Part shown: in pieces, positions 1 to 11,255 of the stretch
Numbering within the stretch: position 1 is the first letter of the stretch
Layout of the letters: every line of letters starts with the position of its first letter
NCBI RefSeq assembly: GCF_006345805.1
Contig: NC_042997.1
Location: forward strand, 181,288,001-181,352,000
Reading direction: 5' to 3'
Source of the DNA: Octopus sinensis
Taxonomy: Eukaryota
DNA: 64,000 bases
The notes under the pieces: generated by a model
Databases searched by the model: none
The model's input: the letters and a program-made list of their open reading frames with translations, nothing else
Told to the model about the DNA's origin: nothing
Program-made: the position numbers and the translations under genes

Positions 1-1140
1 GGTTGTTTGTCCATTATAACGCGCCGGCATGCCATACCTTTGTTCCTGTACGAACGAGGCATATGATCGCTCAACCACTGGCATGTTCATTTGCTGTTTT
101 TCGGTCTGGCAAGCACTATTGCATTTCATGCGTCTTTTGCTTCGCACGTGTGCTGCCTTGTTTTTGCAACACGTTTGTGCTAGTTTAATTCTTTTCCCGA
201 CTCATGGGACGTCGGATGTTCACATGCGCTGCGCCATGTTTAGGCGTAATTATTTTTCCCTGTTAGACCACTGTTGGTCACGTAATTAACAGAAAATTAT
301 CTGTGTCGCGCATCACACCAGCATGTTTGCACCTTTGCCTTTTGTGTTGCTAGCGAGCTTCTGTCAATTCCATTTCCTCTCCTGCAGCAATTGATTTAAC
401 TGCTATTTTGCAGGATCAACCACCTTTAGAGAAGTTGGATTTTAATTTCGCCTAGGTTCATTGACTGTGAGTTTTGCTTTCCCTCCGCTCCTTTCAGCGG
501 AAGGGTTTATACTTTGTGACGTATACACTTTCATGCATGCACTCTTGATTTTTGCTCATTGAGTATTTTTTCTCTTTTTCCTTTAGTAAATTTCTTGTGT
601 ATGTTATAAATTTTGCCATTTTATTATATTGTGTGCTATTTGGTTATCTGGTGTCCACCTTGAGTTTTATAGTCACTACAGGGAATTTTGTGTCGTGCTA
701 ACGCACTGGGGTGGAGCTCTGTAGTGATCCTATACAACGGCGCGCGCTCGCGCACGGTCCATTTGTATTTCGCGCGTGTTGGTGCCTTTACCAAGGCAGA
801 GAGAGGAAGGGCCCTCTCGCGCATGCGCGAAGCACCGGAAGAAGAACCCTTTTGCCTACGTAGCAGTTAGCCGAGGCAAGGGGGTCGTAAGACGTTGACC
901 ACCAGCGTCCAGCAGCAGCGGCGACTTGGGACGGCAGCGATTGAAGGCGACGGTCACGCATATTTTCTCTCCGTTCGAACTTGCTTCTAGCAGTCCTTAC
1001 CAAAAGGCCTTTAACCAAATTGTTGCAGACCAACATCGTCTCCATTGTTCGACGCCATTTTGACCCGTTCTGTTTTTAGCGGCTGAACATTGTAAATATT
1101 ACAATCGATTAACTTTCAGCCTTGCGCGCCCCGAACCAAG
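1..1140. promoter_or_regulatory. CpG-rich, promoter-like island (possible bidirectional housekeeping promoter / first exons)
   Basis: Visibly CpG-rich versus the rest of the window. Palindromic NRF1-type TCGCGCATGCGCGA at 817-830, ETS-type ACCGGAAG at 834-841, and YY1-type CAAAATGGCG on minus at ~1053-1062. Donor-like GTAAGA on plus at 887-892 and TTTTG|GTAAGG on minus at 1001/1000. Confidence 0.5.
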
Positions 1141-1499
1141 GACATCAGATAACCACTTATTGTTACTGTTACCAAGAAAGAGAATAAAGTAGTATATATA
1201 TATTTTACGTCTGCGTCTTGTTGTTTCTGACTGGTAGAATTCTGGATTATTAAAGCAACGGCTAGTGATTGTTTTGTGCACCCCAAAAGTGCACGAAGAT
1301 ATTCGCATCACGAAGTTCGTTACAAACACATACGTATATATATATATATAGATACATAGATACAAGCATACTTACATGCACTCATAGATGCATGCATATG
1401 CAAATATATACACACCCGAATAACCCGTTTCATTCACATATCTTGTGTCCTGAATAAAACTTCATTTTAACATAACTACACGCACGCATGCACACCACA

Positions 1500-1533
<34 letters not shown>

Positions 1534-2020
1534 TACACACACACACACACACATACACACACACACACACACACAAACAAACACACACAAATACATACAT
1601 ACGCGCACACACACATACACACACGATAGTGTAGAAACAAACGAAAATACACGCTTTCGAGATCAAATGAGTGTTAACCATGTGTCATTTAGAACTATTG
1701 TAACAACCCTGTGTGTGTGTGTGTGTGGTGTGTGTGTGTGTGTGTAAAACGGAAACTACAAGCAATACATGTACTCCATTGTTTGTTAAAAAACTCCACT
1801 CTCTGGCCTGTTTCATCAGGAGACTCCGGGAGCATCATAATGACTTCTTCGGCATCGTACGGAGTTTTTTTGACCAGGCTCCTTCTTACTCACCAGGAGC
1901 TCGTAATTGCCAACTCGACCTGTGTGTGAAACTGCAAGCCTGCAGTATCCAGGGTAACGTTGCTATTCGAGGTAGACTTCGTTAATGTACTTTAAGCATT
2001 AGCTGTTGATGAGCGGAACA

Positions 2021-2243
2021 TACCTATTTCTTTACTACCCACAAGGGGCTAAACACAGAGAGGACAAACAAGGACAAACGGATTAAGTCGATTATATCGA
2101 CCCCAGTGCGTAAATGGTACTTATTTAATCGACCCCGAAAGGATGAAAGGCAAAGTCAACCTCGGCGGAATTTGAACTCAGAACGTAACAGCAGACGAAA
2201 TACGGCTACGCATTTCGCCCGGCGTGCTAACGTTTCTGCCACC
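2021..2243 (-). mobile_element. tRNA-derived SINE, family B
   Basis: Reverse complement matches the family-B unit seen at 5211, 7410 and 12421 (head GGCAGAAACGTTAGCACGCCGGGCGAAATG, B-box-like GAGTTCAAATTCC, tail GTAGTAAAGAAATAG). Confidence 0.85.
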
Positions 2244-3460
2244 TACCTGACCCGCCTATAACATATGAAGAAATGAAAAACAATTAAAATATTTTTAATA
2301 GGAAACAGAAAACGGAGGTGAACACAAGCTTGATAAGAAGCTTAACAGCGGTCTGCTGATTTATAATATTGCAGAAAATACTAAATCCGGGACGGGCTAA
2401 TGATGAAACTTCTACTCAAAAATTTGACCGGTAGGAAATAGTAGCTAAATTTCCTCAATCTCACATAAGACAGTTTTAAAAAATTAAGGGCATGATGGAC
2501 ATTGTATCCTATGATATACAAAGAAATGAGATAGTCACGACTGGAAAATCTTTGACCATATTTCTGCTGGACTGGGGCTGACCTAGTCCTATACTGTACG
2601 AGAACAACAGAAATTGTGTAGTAAGATTTCGCACTAAAATACATCCGATGTTATCATCAATAACCGTCTAACAAGTGAAGAAGTTCCACTTTACTCGACC
2701 TGCTAGAAATAACTGCCAAATTTTTTTTCAAAGGACCACTTCATGCCTTAAATAAAGTACACATTAGAAAATGTTGTTCTAGAAATCCCTATGAGGTCGG
2801 GATCGTCGTGTCTGGATCATAAGTCTGCCGAACTAATACTGATCTGAGACACTATAACAACATCAGCATTAATTTTCTGCTATGCAACCAAATACCAAAA
2901 AAATAATAAAAGACTCTCCTGTCATGCCAATCCTCTCCTTTTACTTCGGACATTTTACCTCTAAAATCACGTTATCTAATGCGTCTCTCTCCGTTCCAAG
3001 ACGATAGAGTATGATATGGGAAAGACTTGGCTGCTGTTGTTAACAGGTCAGTCAACCACAGAGAAAACTTTCTCCTTGGTTCACCATTTTTACTAGTTGG
3101 TGTTGCTATTGTTTATCCCCGGGTCAGCCTTATTTGTGGAGGCCCATGATCAAAACTATTTTATTCGTGAAAATCCAGTCGTTTCAGACAGAGTGTATAA
3201 CAGTTTATTTATTTATTTATATATCTATTTATTTATTTATTTATTTATTTAAAACACTCGTCTGCCTCGAGGGACAATGGAGTTTTGCACCACAAATCAG
3301 TTAGGATTTGGGCTGCATTCTAACACACTGAAGTAACCACTCGCAGACAAAAAAAAGCCTGGACCGTGTGTATGGAGATCGCGAGTTGCCCAAAAACTTT
3401 CGATCAAGTCGAGTGTCACCATCGATATAATTAAAACCACATTCTTTTTTTTTTTTTCTA

Positions 3461-3582
3461 TTCTAGGCACAAGGCCCGAAACTTTTGGGGAGGGGGCCAG
3501 TCGGTTAAATCGACCCCAATATGTAACTGGTACTTACTTTATCGACCCCTAAAGGATGAAAGGCAAAGTTGACCTCGGCGGA
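3461..3582 (-). mobile_element. 5'-truncated family-B-related SINE, followed by a short inverted copy of its own tail (3583-3615)
   Basis: ATCGACCCCTAAAGGATGAAAGGCAAAGTTGACCTCGGCGGA is the family-B core reversed. 3583-3615 is the approximate reverse complement of ~3479-3512. Confidence 0.7.
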
Positions 3583-3777
3583 TCTAATCGACTGGCCCTC
3601 ACCCCAAAAAGTTTCTCTTAACCTCGTTGACACGGATCAATCAAATGCAAGCAGGGAGCTGCAGAAACCGGTGCTCATATCAAGCTGGATCATCATTCCC
3701 TGAAATGTTAAGATCGCAACCAATTATTTAAATCTCGAATAAATTGGCCAGTTTTGCCTTCCTTTCTTTTGCTTAAA

Positions 3778-4193
3778 GGCGCAGGAGTGGCTGTGTGGTA
3801 AGTAGCTTGTTTACCAACCACATGGTTCCGGGTTCAGTCCCACTGCGTGACACATTGGGCAAGTGTCTTCTACTATAGCCCCGGGCCGACCAAAGCCTTG
3901 TGAGTGGATTTGGTAGACGGAAACTGAAAGAAGCCCGTCGTATATATGTATATATATATATATATGTGCATGTATGTTTGTATGTCTGTGTTTGTCCCCC
4001 CAACATCGCTTGACAACCGAAGCTGGTGTGTCTATGTCCCCGTCACTTAGCGGTTCGGCAAAAGAGACCGATGGAATAAGTACTGGGTTTACAAAGAATA
4101 AGTCCCGGGGTCGAGTTGCTCGATTAAAGGCGGTGCCCCAGCATGGCCGCAGTCAAATGACTGAAACAAGTAAAAGAGTAAAAGAGTAAAGAG
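3778..4193 (+). mobile_element. tRNA-derived SINE, family A (full length)
   Basis: A-box-like GGCGCAGGAGTGGCTGTGTGGTAAG, B-box-like GGTTCAGTCCC, conserved body, internal (AT)/(GT) microsatellite, and tail CAGCATGGCCGCAGTCAAATGACTGAAACAAG(TAAAAGAG)n. More than 10 copies in the window. Confidence 0.9.
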
Positions 4194-5210
4194 AATATGA
4201 TTTGAGAGAGATTTGGTTGTTATTTCAAAGAGGTCAAGCCACCTCATAGTGGCTTCTCTTCCCGCTGCCTCCGATGTATTACCAGCTACAGGAGGTGACA
4301 GGGAGGAAGATAACAAACTATGTCAAAATAGATATTAATACAGTCCAAAATCTTTAAGCTACCAGCTATTCCAGTAATTGGTCGCAATCAGTTAGACTTG
4401 CTCATTATCTTCGACACACTTCTGTCTGTCTGCAGACAGTTTCATAAGCAATTCTTAATAACATGTTCGTGTCTCCAGACATAACGGAACTTCCTTCACT
4501 TTGGCTTTTTTTTCTTTTCTTTTTTTCTCTCCGCTCTTTATTGGTTCATTTTATTTATTTCTTTGGTATTTTTTGTTTATGTGTGCTTGTAGGTTTTTTT
4601 CCTTGTCCCTTTGATTTATTTCCTCAATTCGTTTTCTTTTTTATTACTTTTCTGCTTTAAACTTCTCTATTTCCCACTTTTTTTATTTTTATTTTCTCTA
4701 TACTTTCTCCTATTCTTTTAACATTTCCTATATTCATGTATACTATATATATATATATATATATACATATATGGAAAAAAAAGTCATATATATATATATA
4801 TATCCTATCCTTTTTTCTTATTATTTTCTTCTTTTTTGTCATTTTCTCTTGTTTCCTTCTTTCAGCGAAGACTTCAAATGACTAAGTTCGTGGCCATCTT
4901 ATCTGTAGAAACTATTGTTGTTGTGGTTGTTGTTGCCTCCTAATCGAGCATACTGATAATCAAAAGCATAGATTTTTTTTACTGAAGAGTTGTTGAAAGA
5001 ACAGCCGAATAAATGTACAATCTTCTACATTTATTGGTTGGTGTAAGAAAATATAATTGTTAGAGAATAGATAATTCAGTAACACCATGAACATAAAAAA
5101 CAATAATATTTAAGCTTATGCAGGTAGTGTTAAAATAAACTGACGAAAATTAAATATTCGCTGAGGGGGAAAAACTATATTAGTAATTTTATTATATATG
5201 CATAGCTTAA

Positions 5211-5600
5211 GGCGGCGAGCTGGCAGAAACGTTAGCACGCCGGGCGAAATGCTTAGCAGTATTTCGTCTGCCGTTTCGTTCTGAGTTCAAATTCAGCTGG
5301 GGTCGACTTTGCCTTTCATCCTTTCCGGGTCGATAAATTAAGTACCAGTTACGCCCTGGGATCGATATAATCGACTTAATCCCTTTGTCTATCCTTGTTT
5401 GTCCTCTCTTGCTTAGCCCCTTGTGGGTAGTAAAGAAATAGGTATTTCGTCTGCCGCTACGTTCTGAGTTCAAATTTCGCCGAGGTCGACTTTGCCTTTC
5501 ATTCTTTCGGGGTCGATAAATTAAGTACCAGTTACGTCCTGGGGTCGATGTAATCGAATTAATCCCTTTGACTAGCCCCCTGTGGGTAGTAAAGAAATAA
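5211..5600 (+). mobile_element. Family-B SINE head-to-tail dimer (second unit starts 5441)
   Basis: Full unit 5211-5440 runs directly into a second unit beginning GGTATTTCGTCTGCCG. A degenerate third unit follows at ~5630-5830. Confidence 0.85.
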
Positions 5601-6086
5601 GAATCATTAGCACATGATCAAAACGACTACCGGTATTTCCTTCAGGTTTTTTACGTTCTGAGTTAAAAACTCTCCTAGGATATGAACTCTGAGGATTTGA
5701 ACTTTGCCTTTCATTGTGAAGAGATCAGCGAAAATGAAATATCATAGCAGCCGGGTCCTGATTTTGAAGTTATCGACTAACCATTTTCTTCAAATCCCAG
5801 GCCTTATATTATCTATTAGAAGCATTGAGGATTTTTTTTTTTTTTCACCTTTTGGTCAAATACCTGAAATAACCCCAAAAGTGCGTCCCTCTTACAGCAG
5901 TAAGACATTGCATTATCGTTTACTAATTAATGTTGCTTTAACAATGTATGCAAACATATGAAGAGGATCCCAAAATTTTGAAGTTTGACTATGTTCCTTT
6001 TGACAGTGATCTCAAATTATTGTACTATTTGATTGCCTTATTAAAATATATATTGTTTATATACATTGTTTTCACAAAATTTGAGC

Positions 6087-6296
6087 TCTTACTCTTTACT
6101 CTTTTACTTATTTCAGTCATTTGACTGCGGCTATGCTGGATCACCGCCTTTAGTCGAGCAAATCGACCCCAGGACTTATTCGTTGTAAGTCTAGTACTTA
6201 TTCTATCGGTCTCTTGCCGAACCGCTAAGTTACGGAGACGTAAGCACACTACCATCGGTTGTCATGCGATGTTGGGGGACAAACACAGACACACAA

Positions 6297-6387
<91 letters not shown>

Positions 6388-6526
6388 CACGATGGGCTTC
6401 TTTCACTTTCTGTCAACCAAATCCACTCACAAGGCTTTGGCTGGCCTGAGGAAATAGTAGAAGACACTTGCCCAAGGTGCCACGCAGTGGGACTGAACCC
6501 GGAACAATGTGGTTCGTAAGCAAGCC
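6087..6526 (-). mobile_element. Family-A SINE (head slightly truncated) with internal (AT)n
   Basis: Reverse complement of the family-A consensus. Internal pure (AT)n at ~6305-6382. Confidence 0.9.
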
Positions 6527-6791
6527 TGTTGAAAATAATGTAAAAATAAAGTGAAAGCAACTTTTCCTGCTGTCAAATCGTTTAACATATTGGGATAAAA
6601 AAAATTTTTTAGAGCACATTTCGCATGCACGACTTTTATATATCTATACACAAGCGTTCAAAAGGAGACAGCGTTGATATGTGCATGATCTAACTGATTT
6701 AGTTCTCAGTATTAAAGAAATTCCAAAACTTGAGGCTAGCATTTCACAGAAGTTAGGCAGACCACTCATTTTAAGTCTTTATCACCCAATA

Positions 6792-7238
6792 GGCGCAGGA
6801 GTGGCTGTGTGGCAAGTAGCTTGCACACCAGCCACATGGTTCCGGGTTCAGTCCTACTGCGTGGTACCTTGGGCAGTTGTCTTCTACTATAGCCTCGGGC
6901 CGACAAAAATCTTGTGAGTGGATTTGGTAGACGGAAACTGAAAGAAGCCCGTTGTATGTATATATGTATATATGTATATATATATATATATATGCGTGTG
7001 TATGTGTGTGTATGTATGTGTGTGTGTGTGTGTGTGTTTGTGTGAGTGAGTGTCCCCCCAACATCGCTTGACAACCGGTGCTGGTGTGTTTACGTCTCCG
7101 TAACTTAGCGGTTCGGCAAAAGACACCGATAGAATAAGTACTAGGCTTACAAAGAATAAGTCCTGGGGTCGATTTGCTCGACTAAAGGCGGTGCTTCAGC
7201 ATGGCCGCAGTCAAATGACTGAAACAAGTAAAAGAGTA
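6792..7238 (+). mobile_element. Family-A SINE (full length)
   Basis: Matches the family-A head, body, microsatellite and tail. Confidence 0.9.
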
Positions 7239-7409
7239 ATTCTTCTACACCTCCAACTGTTCGTCATAGTCTTCGACTTCCAGGCAGAGTCGGTACTGTG
7301 TTATTCAGTGTCCGGACATAGCCATTAAATGAGCGCCCCTTTAATCCTTTATGACTGCTTGTTGAATACTGCCTCGAGGTGTAGCTTACAGGACACGATA
7401 TTGTATCTA

Positions 7410-7605
7410 ACGTTAAGACGGCGAAATGCGTAGTCGTATTTCGTCAGCCGTTACGTTCTGAGTTCAAATTCCGCCGAGTTCATCCTTTCGGGGTCGATAA
7501 ATTAAGTACCAGTTACGTACTGAGGTCGATGTAATCGACTTAATCCGTTTGTCTGTCCTTGTTTGTCCCTTCTGTATTTAGCTCTTTGTGGGTAGTAAAG
7601 AAATA
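7410..7605 (+). mobile_element. 5'-truncated family-B SINE with 13-bp target-site duplication
   Basis: Flanked by GATATTGTATCTA at 7397-7409 and 7606-7618. Confidence 0.85.
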
Positions 7606-8344
7606 GATATTGTATCTACCTTTCAGTTGGTGAGGATTCAATTTTATGGCCCTCTTAAGCACTTTTGAAACGACTGAAATTCTTCATTGACAGACATGGA
7701 TACCGTGGTTAGGGTTAACGTTTTCGTTACCACTTTTCTCTTAAAATTCGATGCTTTTGTTGCAATTAATTCTTAAACTAAATTTAGTAAAACAATTTTG
7801 CAATTATTAGCCTTGTGGTTAAATATAAAGAAAAATAGAATTTTGATGACAGGTTTTAGATCACTTTAAGACATAAAGTTTGTATTTCTGTCATAAAATC
7901 AAGGATGGTCACAGGTAGGCAGCTATCAAAAGGGTTTTGTTACATAGAGAAGTGAAGGCTGTGACGAAGACAGACGGGGAGAGAGAGAGACAAAGAAAAA
8001 GAGGGGTACAGAAAGAGAGACAAAGAAATTTAGGGACAGTTGATGCTTTATTAAAAGTAGTAGTGTTGATGGTGGCCGTGGGAGTAATAATAGAAAGAGA
8101 AAGAGTAGCTATGTGAGAAAAAGAGGAAGATGATGTACAACTTTGTTTAGCCATGTCTCTTTGACAGAAATTTCTGTCGCCAACATACTGAACACTATCA
8201 TTTTTGTTTTATTTTTTGCTTTCTTTAATACATGTATATATACATAAAGATTCCCCAAAATTAAACATATCTAATATAATAAATGTGAATGACATTGTGT
8301 CACACTTGTCTAACTTTAATACATCCTTTCTAAAGGAAGCGCAA

Positions 8345-8540
8345 GGCCTCAAATTTTGGGGGAAGGGATTAAGTCGATTACATCGATTCCAGTACGTAAC
8401 GGGTACAAATTTTATCGACCCCGAAAGGATGAAAAGTAAAATCGACCTCGACGATATTCGAACTCAAAATCTAACGGCAGACGAAATACCGCTAAGCATT
8501 TCACCCGGTGTGCTAACAATTCTACCAGATCACCGCCTGA
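8345..8540 (-). mobile_element. Degenerate family-B SINE
   Basis: ATCGACCCCGAAAGGATGAAAAGTAAAATCGACCTCG...ACGGCAGACGAAATACCGCTAAGCATT is the family-B core reversed. Confidence 0.75.
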
Positions 8541-8776
8541 ATATATAGCATAATAATATAATATAACATAATAAATGTGAATGTCAGTGTATCAGTGTGT
8601 CACACTTTTTCAACTTTTTTCTAGATGCCTTAGCTCAATATATCATACAATGCTGGAATCAGACTGACTCTGTGAGTAAATTAAAAACATTCCGGGCCGA
8701 ATCCGGGCCCACAATCCTGAAATTTTGCATTCCCAATTTTTCATTACTGTGATTCTTTTCGGCGATTTTTTTTTAC

Positions 8777-8880
8777 GTGGCATTTTGCGAAGAATATGAT
8801 CATCATTGGGATGTGACTCTGGAGAAAGCAATTGCAATAAATTCTCAAAAACAAATCAGAGATCTGTTTGTAGATCTTCC
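8777..8880 (+). pseudogene. Short Helitron Rep/helicase-like coding fragment
   Basis: Translation EEYDHHWDVTLEKAIAINSQKQIRDLFV resembles the Helitron RepHel segment of the form xDxHWDxTLxEA...QIRxLF (recalled motif, not searched). Confidence 0.5.
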
Positions 8881-8962
8881 CAATCGAGGACAGTTGCTTA
8901 AAAGCCGCCCTATCGGCTATATACAGTTATATACATACAGCCCTATCGGCTATATAAAGCTA

Positions 8963-9349
8963 CTAGCAGTATCGCCCGGCGTTGCTCGGGTTTGTAAGGG
9001 AAATAACTATATAAGCATTTTTAGAGAGTTATAGCCAAAGAATAGCGAAAAATGCATTAAAAATGGAAAAAAAATTATGGTAAATTTTCTTTTAAATCGT
9101 TGACATTTTTAGAGAGTTACCTCCCTTATATAATAGAGAAAAAATGCATTAAAATGGAAAAAAAATGATGGTAAATATTTCTTTAAATCGTAGACTCATC
9201 GTAGGCGCGCGCTAATACCCAGAAGGGCTCGATATGAATCACGACTATAAGATACCCGGTTTTGGTTAAACTGCACCGCAAAATGTGAGAGTAGTTAGGA
9301 ATCTAAATCGTAGGAGACAGACACACAACTTGACTTTTATATATAAAGA
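8963..9349 (-). mobile_element. Non-autonomous Helitron (~390 bp)
   Basis: On minus it starts A|TC (9349) and ends CTAG|T (8963), with no TSD. A GC-rich hairpin (plus CCCGGCGTTGCTCGGG, 8975-8990) lies 8 nt from the CTAG. Internal ~85-bp tandem duplication at ~9017-9192. Confidence 0.8.
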
Positions 9350-10349
9350 TTAGACATACAGCAATCATGAGTTAAATTCACTTTGTTTATAAATATTATC
9401 CGTTACTACACTGTGTTGAGGTCTCTCCCTTTGTGGCATATAGAAATACTGAATATATGGTATTCATATTGAATGTTTTGTATATAGAGTGGCAAGTATC
9501 CAACTATTTCGTTTAGAAACAACTACAGCACATCTATACGGATACACACGCGCGCGAGCGATCATATTTGTGTGCTCTGTTTGTGTGTGTGTGTATGTAT
9601 GTATGTATGTATGTAAATCGACAGAAAGAATACAGTGAAATTTCTGTTCAACTCAAATCTTGCAAACATAATGACATAGGCATTCCACTCATGGTCATCC
9701 TGCACTTTAGGACTATATTATTGAATATGACATTTTATTACTTAAGATAGTAGTTCTGAGTTCAAATACCACCGGGGTCGACTTTACCTTTCACCCTTTT
9801 GGTTGAGCACTGGGATCAATGTAACTGACTTAGCCTCAGCCCTTAAATTGCTGTCATTTGACCAAAATTTGAAACCCTTATATAAGATGATAGGGCGTGA
9901 TTTGAGTGGAATTTGACAGATATTTCTTGCAAGTCCAGCGACCACGTAGAGGTTTCACTGGTTTGGCTCCGGCAGGAAGTTGTTAAATGCTAAAATGTCA
10001 AAACCAAGTTTGCATTCCAGCCTTTAGATGTCAAAGGGTCAAATATATTAATACCTGTCATAGACGAGAATGAAGATGCATCAAATTCGATGAAGATTTG
10101 GATGAGGGTGCGGGTATTTGACGACCACAACTTCCTGCAGGTAAATGTCAACGTAAGAAGACCTTTCAAATCATTCATAATTCTGTTCTGAGAGTTTAAT
10201 ATTTTATGTGTAGTTAGACTAAGATTTACAGTTAAGAATATGTATGTCATGGGTTTATAGAGAGAAAGAAAGATATATATAAATGAATATATCTATATAG
10301 TTTATTCGGAGAAGTACGAAATTTATCATATGGTTATATATTTAGTTTT

Positions 10350-10484
10350 GATTAAAAAATATTTGGTGTGACGTGAGTTTGATGTCAAATTTATCGGAAG
10401 AATTTGTTGTATTTAGGAATGGTCATTTTGCCAGTTTAGCCAATAAAAACACACGCACTATATATTCGGTGTTACTTTGCTTCA
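10350..10484 (-). mobile_element. Solo terminal fragment of the Penelope-like pseudo-LTR found at 15768/20155
   Basis: GGAATGGTCATTTTGCCAGTTTAGCCAATAAAAACACACGCACTATATATTCGGTGTTACTTTGCTTCAG is near-identical to ~15783-15850. Confidence 0.75.
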
Positions 10485-10645
10485 GGCGCGGGAGTGGCTG
10501 TGTGGTAAGTAGCTTGCTTACCAACCACATGGTTCCGGGTTCAGTCCCACTGCGTGGCATCTTGGGCAAGTGTCTTCTGCTATAGCCCCGGGCCGACCAA
10601 TGCCTTGTGAGTGGATTTGGTAGACGGAAACTGAAAGAAGCCTGT

Positions 10646-10914
10646 CATACATACACACGTCCAGACCTCTCATACGCACTAATACTCTCTCATACACACA
10701 CACACACACACACCCTTATACATACTAATACATACTAATACATACTAATACATACACCAACCCTATACATACACACGTCCAGACCTCTCATACGCACTAA
10801 TACTCTCTCATACACACATACACACACACCCTTATACATACTAATACATACTAATACATACACCAACCCTATACATACACACGTCCAGACCTCTCATACG
10901 CACTAATACTCTCT

Positions 10915-10955
<41 letters not shown>

Positions 10956-10957
10956 AT
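10646..10957. repeat. Tandem repeat, ~100-bp unit x3
   Basis: Unit ATACATACACACGTCCAGACCTCTCATACGCACTAATACTCTCTCATACAC...CCCTTAT is seen three times. Confidence 0.85.
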
Positions 10958-11079
10958 GTTGGAGCAGGTCATTCAACCCTATTATCTCCCCTAATTTCGC
11001 TCTCGCGTCTCATGTTTGATCTTTGACTTCTGGCCGAAATCAGATCGCCATGTTGATTCGTTAGTTACTGCACGCATTT

Positions 11080-11255
11080 TTTTCTCTCCTTCTTTCTGTG
11101 TTTTTTTTATCTGTGTATCTTTCTGTTGAAGAGCGTAGGCTCGAAACGTTAAAGACTTGTTTTAATTATATTTCCTGAGCGCCATACTAATACAATTGTT
11201 TGTTTGTTTTCCACCTGCCTTCGTCTTTTGTCTATTTTCATAAAGCTTCCCGTTA
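11080..11255 (+). mobile_element. Penelope-like 3'/pLTR remnant (family H) ending in (AT)n
   Basis: Homologous to 22500-22676. Carries a hammerhead-like motif and ends at an (AT)n tract. Confidence 0.5.
11118..11155 (+). ncRNA. Minimal hammerhead-ribozyme-like motif with atypical core
   Basis: TCTTT-CTGTTGAAGA-GCGTAGGCTC-GAAAC-GTT-AAAGA: stem I TCTTT/AAAGA, GAAA box and GUU triplet. The first box deviates from CUGANGA. Confidence 0.4.

Noticed and set aside
1820-1870. GDSGS serine-protease-like motif in ORF 1711-1929
   Set aside because: Five-residue match only, with no His/Asp catalytic context or exon structure.
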